DNA of 64,000 nucleotides from a virus (Duplodnaviria; Heunggongvirae; Uroviricota; Caudoviricetes): IMG/VR virus record IMGVR_UViG_651053022_000004, positions 1 to 64,000 of that record; one strand, 5' to 3'. Shown piece by piece: positions 61,466 to 64,000 of this stretch (position 1 is its first letter; each line of letters starts with the position of its first letter). The notes under the pieces were generated by a model. It saw only the letters and a program-made list of their open reading frames with translations, ran no database searches and was not told where the DNA came from. The position numbers and the translations under genes were made by a program.

Positions 61466-61493
61466 CCACCCGCCGCTGGCGGGTTTTTTTATT
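61466..61493 (+). terminator. Hairpin plus U-tract immediately upstream of the major tail gene RBS
   Basis: cccgccgctggcggg followed by tttttttattttcaggag. Confidence 0.4.
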
Positions 61494-61507
61494 TTCAGGA
61501 GACGAGT

Positions 61508-62212
61508 ATGTCCTCTAATTTTGAGCGTTCGCAACTGACGAAAATTATGATTTCGTCTGCACCGGTAACAGCAGAAACCCTGGATTCTGCCAGCTATCTT
61601 GGCCTGAGCTGTACAATCAAAGAGGTGCAGTTTACCGCAGGACAAAAGCAGGATATTGATGTCACCACGCTGTGTTCTGTTGAGCAGGAAAATATTAACG
61701 GTCTTGGTGCCGCGTCAGAGATTTCCATGTCAGGCAACTTTTATCTGAATGCTGCCCAGAACGCGTTGCGCAGTGCCTATGACAATGACACCACGTATGG
61801 CTTTAAAGTTATTTTTCCGTCAGGCAACGGATTTACCTTTATGGCAGAGGTGCGTCAGCATACCTGGTCTGCAGGAACCAATGGTGTTGTGGCTGCAACG
61901 TTTTCCTTGCGCCTGAAAGGTAAACCTGTGCTGACGACAGAGCCGCTGAAAGTGAAGGCCGATTTAAAAAGCACGCTGCGGGTTGCTTCCGGAGCGAAAC
62001 TTGAAATGGCGGTTGAGGCTGCGGGTGGTGTGCCGCCTTATTCTTATGTCTGGAAGAAAGGTGGTTCTCCTGTTTCCGGACAGACGGCGGCAACGTTCAG
62101 TAAGGCATCGGCAGTATCCGGTGATGCGGGTGCATATACCTGCGAGATTTCTGATTCAGCAAGCCCGGTTAACAAAGTGACCTCCACTTCCTGCACTGTA
62201 ACCGTCAGTTAA
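61508..62212 (+). CDS. Major tail protein with C-terminal Ig-like domain
   Basis: 234 aa; close paralogue of 43918-44634. Confidence 0.75.
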   Translation: MSSNFERSQLTKIMISSAPVTAETLDSASYLGLSCTIKEVQFTAGQKQDIDVTTLCSVEQENINGLGAASEISMSGNFYLNAAQNALRSAYDNDTTYGFKVIFPSGNGFTFMAEVRQHTWSAGTNGVVAATFSLRLKGKPVLTTEPLKVKADLKSTLRVASGAKLEMAVEAAGGVPPYSYVWKKGGSPVSGQTAATFSKASAVSGDAGAYTCEISDSASPVNKVTSTSCTVTVS

Positions 62213-62226
62213 TGAGGATGGATGTG

Positions 62227-62598
62227 ATGACTAAAAATATCCGTAATCTGGCACTGGCAACGATGTCGGGGTTTCGCCATAAAACCGTTGATGTGCCTGA
62301 ATGGGAGGGAGCAACGGTTGTGTTACGGGAACCTTCTGCAGAAGCCTGGTTGCGCTGGCAGGAGATCGTTAAAGCAAAAGATGATGAGACACCGTTATCC
62401 GTTGCGGAGCGCGCCCGCCGAAATCTGGAGGCAGATGTTGAACTGTTCATTGATGTTCTGTGTGATACCGGACTGCAACCCGTATTTTCAGAGGATGATC
62501 GTGAACAGGTGATTGCCGTGTATGGCCCGGTGCATGCGCGGCTTCTTCGGCAGTCTCTGGAACTGATCAGTGATGCCGGCGAGGTTAAAAAAAAGTAG
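62227..62598 (+). CDS. Tail assembly chaperone (G-like)
   Basis: Start at MTKNIRNLALATMSGFRHKTV...; ends at a slippery site. Confidence 0.7.
   Translation: MTKNIRNLALATMSGFRHKTVDVPEWEGATVVLREPSAEAWLRWQEIVKAKDDETPLSVAERARRNLEADVELFIDVLCDTGLQPVFSEDDREQVIAVYGPVHARLLRQSLELISDAGEVKKK
62589..62595 (+). other. Programmed -1 frameshift slippery heptamer A AAA AAG
   Basis: aaaaaag immediately before the chaperone stop codon; the -1 frame is open into 62610-62900. Confidence 0.75.
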
Positions 62599-62609
62599 CG
62601 CTTCCGGGG

Positions 62610-62900
62610 ATGCGTTTTCTGATGATGCTGGCGCTCAGGATGGGGCGCACATTGTCAGAGTTACGCCGGGAAATGTCCGCATCAGAAATCATGATGTGGG
62701 CAGAATTTGACAGGTTCAGCCCGCTGGGGGACGAACGGGCTGATATCCGGGCTGCCCAGATTGTTTCAGCTGTTTACGGTGCGCAGGGGGTCAAAGTGCC
62801 ACTGAATGATGCGCTTCTTCAGTGGGAGAAGGAGCAGACAGAAGGCGTATCAGATCCATTTGCCGGACTGGAAAACGCGCTTTTAATAGTGTCTCAGTGA
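62610..62900 (+). CDS. T-like segment of the tail assembly chaperone (reached by -1 frameshift)
   Basis: -1-frame ORF; paralogue of 45047-45328. Confidence 0.7.
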   Translation: MRFLMMLALRMGRTLSELRREMSASEIMMWAEFDRFSPLGDERADIRAAQIVSAVYGAQGVKVPLNDALLQWEKEQTEGVSDPFAGLENALLIVSQ

Positions 62901-62908
62901 GTCAACAT

Positions 62909-62930
62909 AACCGCTTCGGCGGTTTTTTTT
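62909..62930 (+). terminator. Hairpin plus U-tract upstream of the tape measure gene
   Basis: ccgcttcggcgg followed by ttttttttcgtccggag. Confidence 0.35.
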
Positions 62931-62940
62931 CGTCCGGAGA

Positions 62941-64000
62941 ATGAGTGTGGCGACATTACGTGAACTGATTATTAAAATCTCGGCAAATTCCCGGTCATTC
63001 CAGTCAGAGATCTCCCGGGCTTCGCGTATGGGGCAGGATTACTACCGTACCATGCAGAACGGAGGCCGGCAGTCCGCTGCTGCATCCCGTGAAATGCGGC
63101 GTGCACTGGCAGAAGTGACGGATCAGATAAATACAGCTAAATCTTCGGCACTGAATATGGCGGGGGCATTTGCCGGGGCTTTTGCTACCGGTCATCTTAT
63201 TTCTTTCGCCGATGAGTGGAATTCAGTAAATGCCCGTCTGAAGCAGGCCTCACAGTCCAGTGATGATTTTCAGGCATCACAGCGTGAATTAATGGCGATC
63301 AGCCAGAGAACGGGGACGGCGTTTTCTGATAACGCCAGCCTTTTTGCCCGTTCTGCAGCTTCCATGCGGGAGTATGGTTACAGTTCTGAGGAGGTACTGA
63401 AAGTCACCGAGGCGATCTCCACGGGCCTGAAATTATCCGGTGCCAGTACAGCAGAAGCCAGTTCGGTGATCACGCAGTTCAGTCAGGCACTGGCGCAGGG
63501 AGTGCTGCGCGGTGAAGAGTTTAACTCGGTGAATGAGAACGGCGATCGTGTTATTCGTGCGCTGGCTGCGGGAGTGGGGGTTGCCCGTAAGGATCTGAAG
63601 GCCATGGCGGATAACGGAAAGTTGACCGCCGATAAGGTTGTTCCTGCACTGATTAGTCAGCTTGGGGCATTACGTGATGAATATGCGGCAATGCCTGATA
63701 CGGTTTCATCCTCTGCAACCAAAGTTGAAAACGCCTTTATGGCCTGGGTTGGTGGTGCGAACGAGGCAAGCGGAGTGACGAAGACGCTCTCCGGTGTGCT
63801 GAATGGTATTGCAGGCAATATTGACACTGTGGCAACCGCTGCCGGTGCTCTGGTTGCCGTCGGGGTAGCCCGATATTTTGGCAATATGGCGTCTTCTGCT
63901 GGATCTGCAACTGCCGGATTAATTACTGCAGCCAGAAACGAAGTGGCTCTTGCGGAAGCGCAGCTCCGGGGGACACAGATAGCAACAGCCAGGGCGCGTG
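62941..64000 (+). CDS. Tape measure protein, 5' partial (continues beyond the window)
   Basis: Open frame from ATG 62941 (MSVATLRELIIKISANSRSFQSEISRASRMG...) to the window end; paralogous to the N-terminus of 45376-48618. Confidence 0.85.
   Translation, partial: MSVATLRELIIKISANSRSFQSEISRASRMGQDYYRTMQNGGRQSAAASREMRRALAEVTDQINTAKSSALNMAGAFAGAFATGHLISFADEWNSVNARLKQASQSSDDFQASQRELMAISQRTGTAFSDNASLFARSAASMREYGYSSEEVLKVTEAISTGLKLSGASTAEASSVITQFSQALAQGVLRGEEFNSVNENGDRVIRALAAGVGVARKDLKAMADNGKLTADKVVPALISQLGALRDEYAAMPDTVSSSATKVENAFMAWVGGANEASGVTKTLSGVLNGIAGNIDTVATAAGALVAVGVARYFGNMASSAGSATAGLITAARNEVALAEAQLRGTQIATARAR

Larger units (their letters stand above)
53508..64000. mobile_element. Third head-tail morphogenesis module (HNH, terS, terL, portal, protease, capsid, tail genes), partial at window end
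   Basis: Classical HK97-like gene order; tail genes close paralogues of the second module; tape-measure gene open to the window end. Confidence 0.75.

Overview
The window reads as a mosaic of lambdoid prophage modules, all in the same orientation, with no recognisable canonical defence system (no restriction-modification, CRISPR-Cas, Abi or toxin-antitoxin pair), IS element or tRNA. Everything below is from reading the sequence and the supplied ORF track against remembered phage protein sequences; no searches were run, and coordinates of non-ORF features are approximate to a few bases. (1) Positions 1 to ~30041 are a lambda-like prophage in integrated gene order: integrase and excisionase at the left edge, an early-left accessory cluster, the Red genes exo/bet/gam, a non-lambda immunity region (LexA-like repressor, Cro-like regulator, operators with GTTGTT half-sites, no N or rexAB), O with origin iterons and P, a DLP12-like nin region (ybcN, ninE, ybcO, rusA, ylcG), a Q-like antiterminator, holin, lambda R/Rz/Rz1, a bor/iss gene with an in-frame deletion, an intact cos site, and lambda head and tail genes Nu1 through L. 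The tail gene K stops matching its full-length paralogue after about codon 133. (2) Positions ~30042 to 35250 are a rearranged late/lysis region: a pinholin, two endolysin copies (the first without a start codon), one truncated and one intact spanin pair, chimeric ORFs, and a cluster of short hydrophobic peptide ORFs. (3) Positions ~35251 to 53517 are a second morphogenesis module (small and large terminase, a prohead-protease/capsid fusion, portal, a repeat-containing ORF, tail genes through I) ending in a J gene truncated at about residue 727. (4) Positions 53508 to 64000 are a third module (HNH endonuclease, terminases, portal, separate protease and capsid, tail genes) running off the window inside the tape-measure gene. 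The most interesting items are the two breakpoints that join the modules, two short noncoding repeats that recur at junction-proximal positions (one with covarying nested stems), the small-peptide cluster, and a tandem coding repeat with a frame change at the portal 3' end. Whether the tandem arrangement is real or an assembly artefact cannot be decided from sequence alone.
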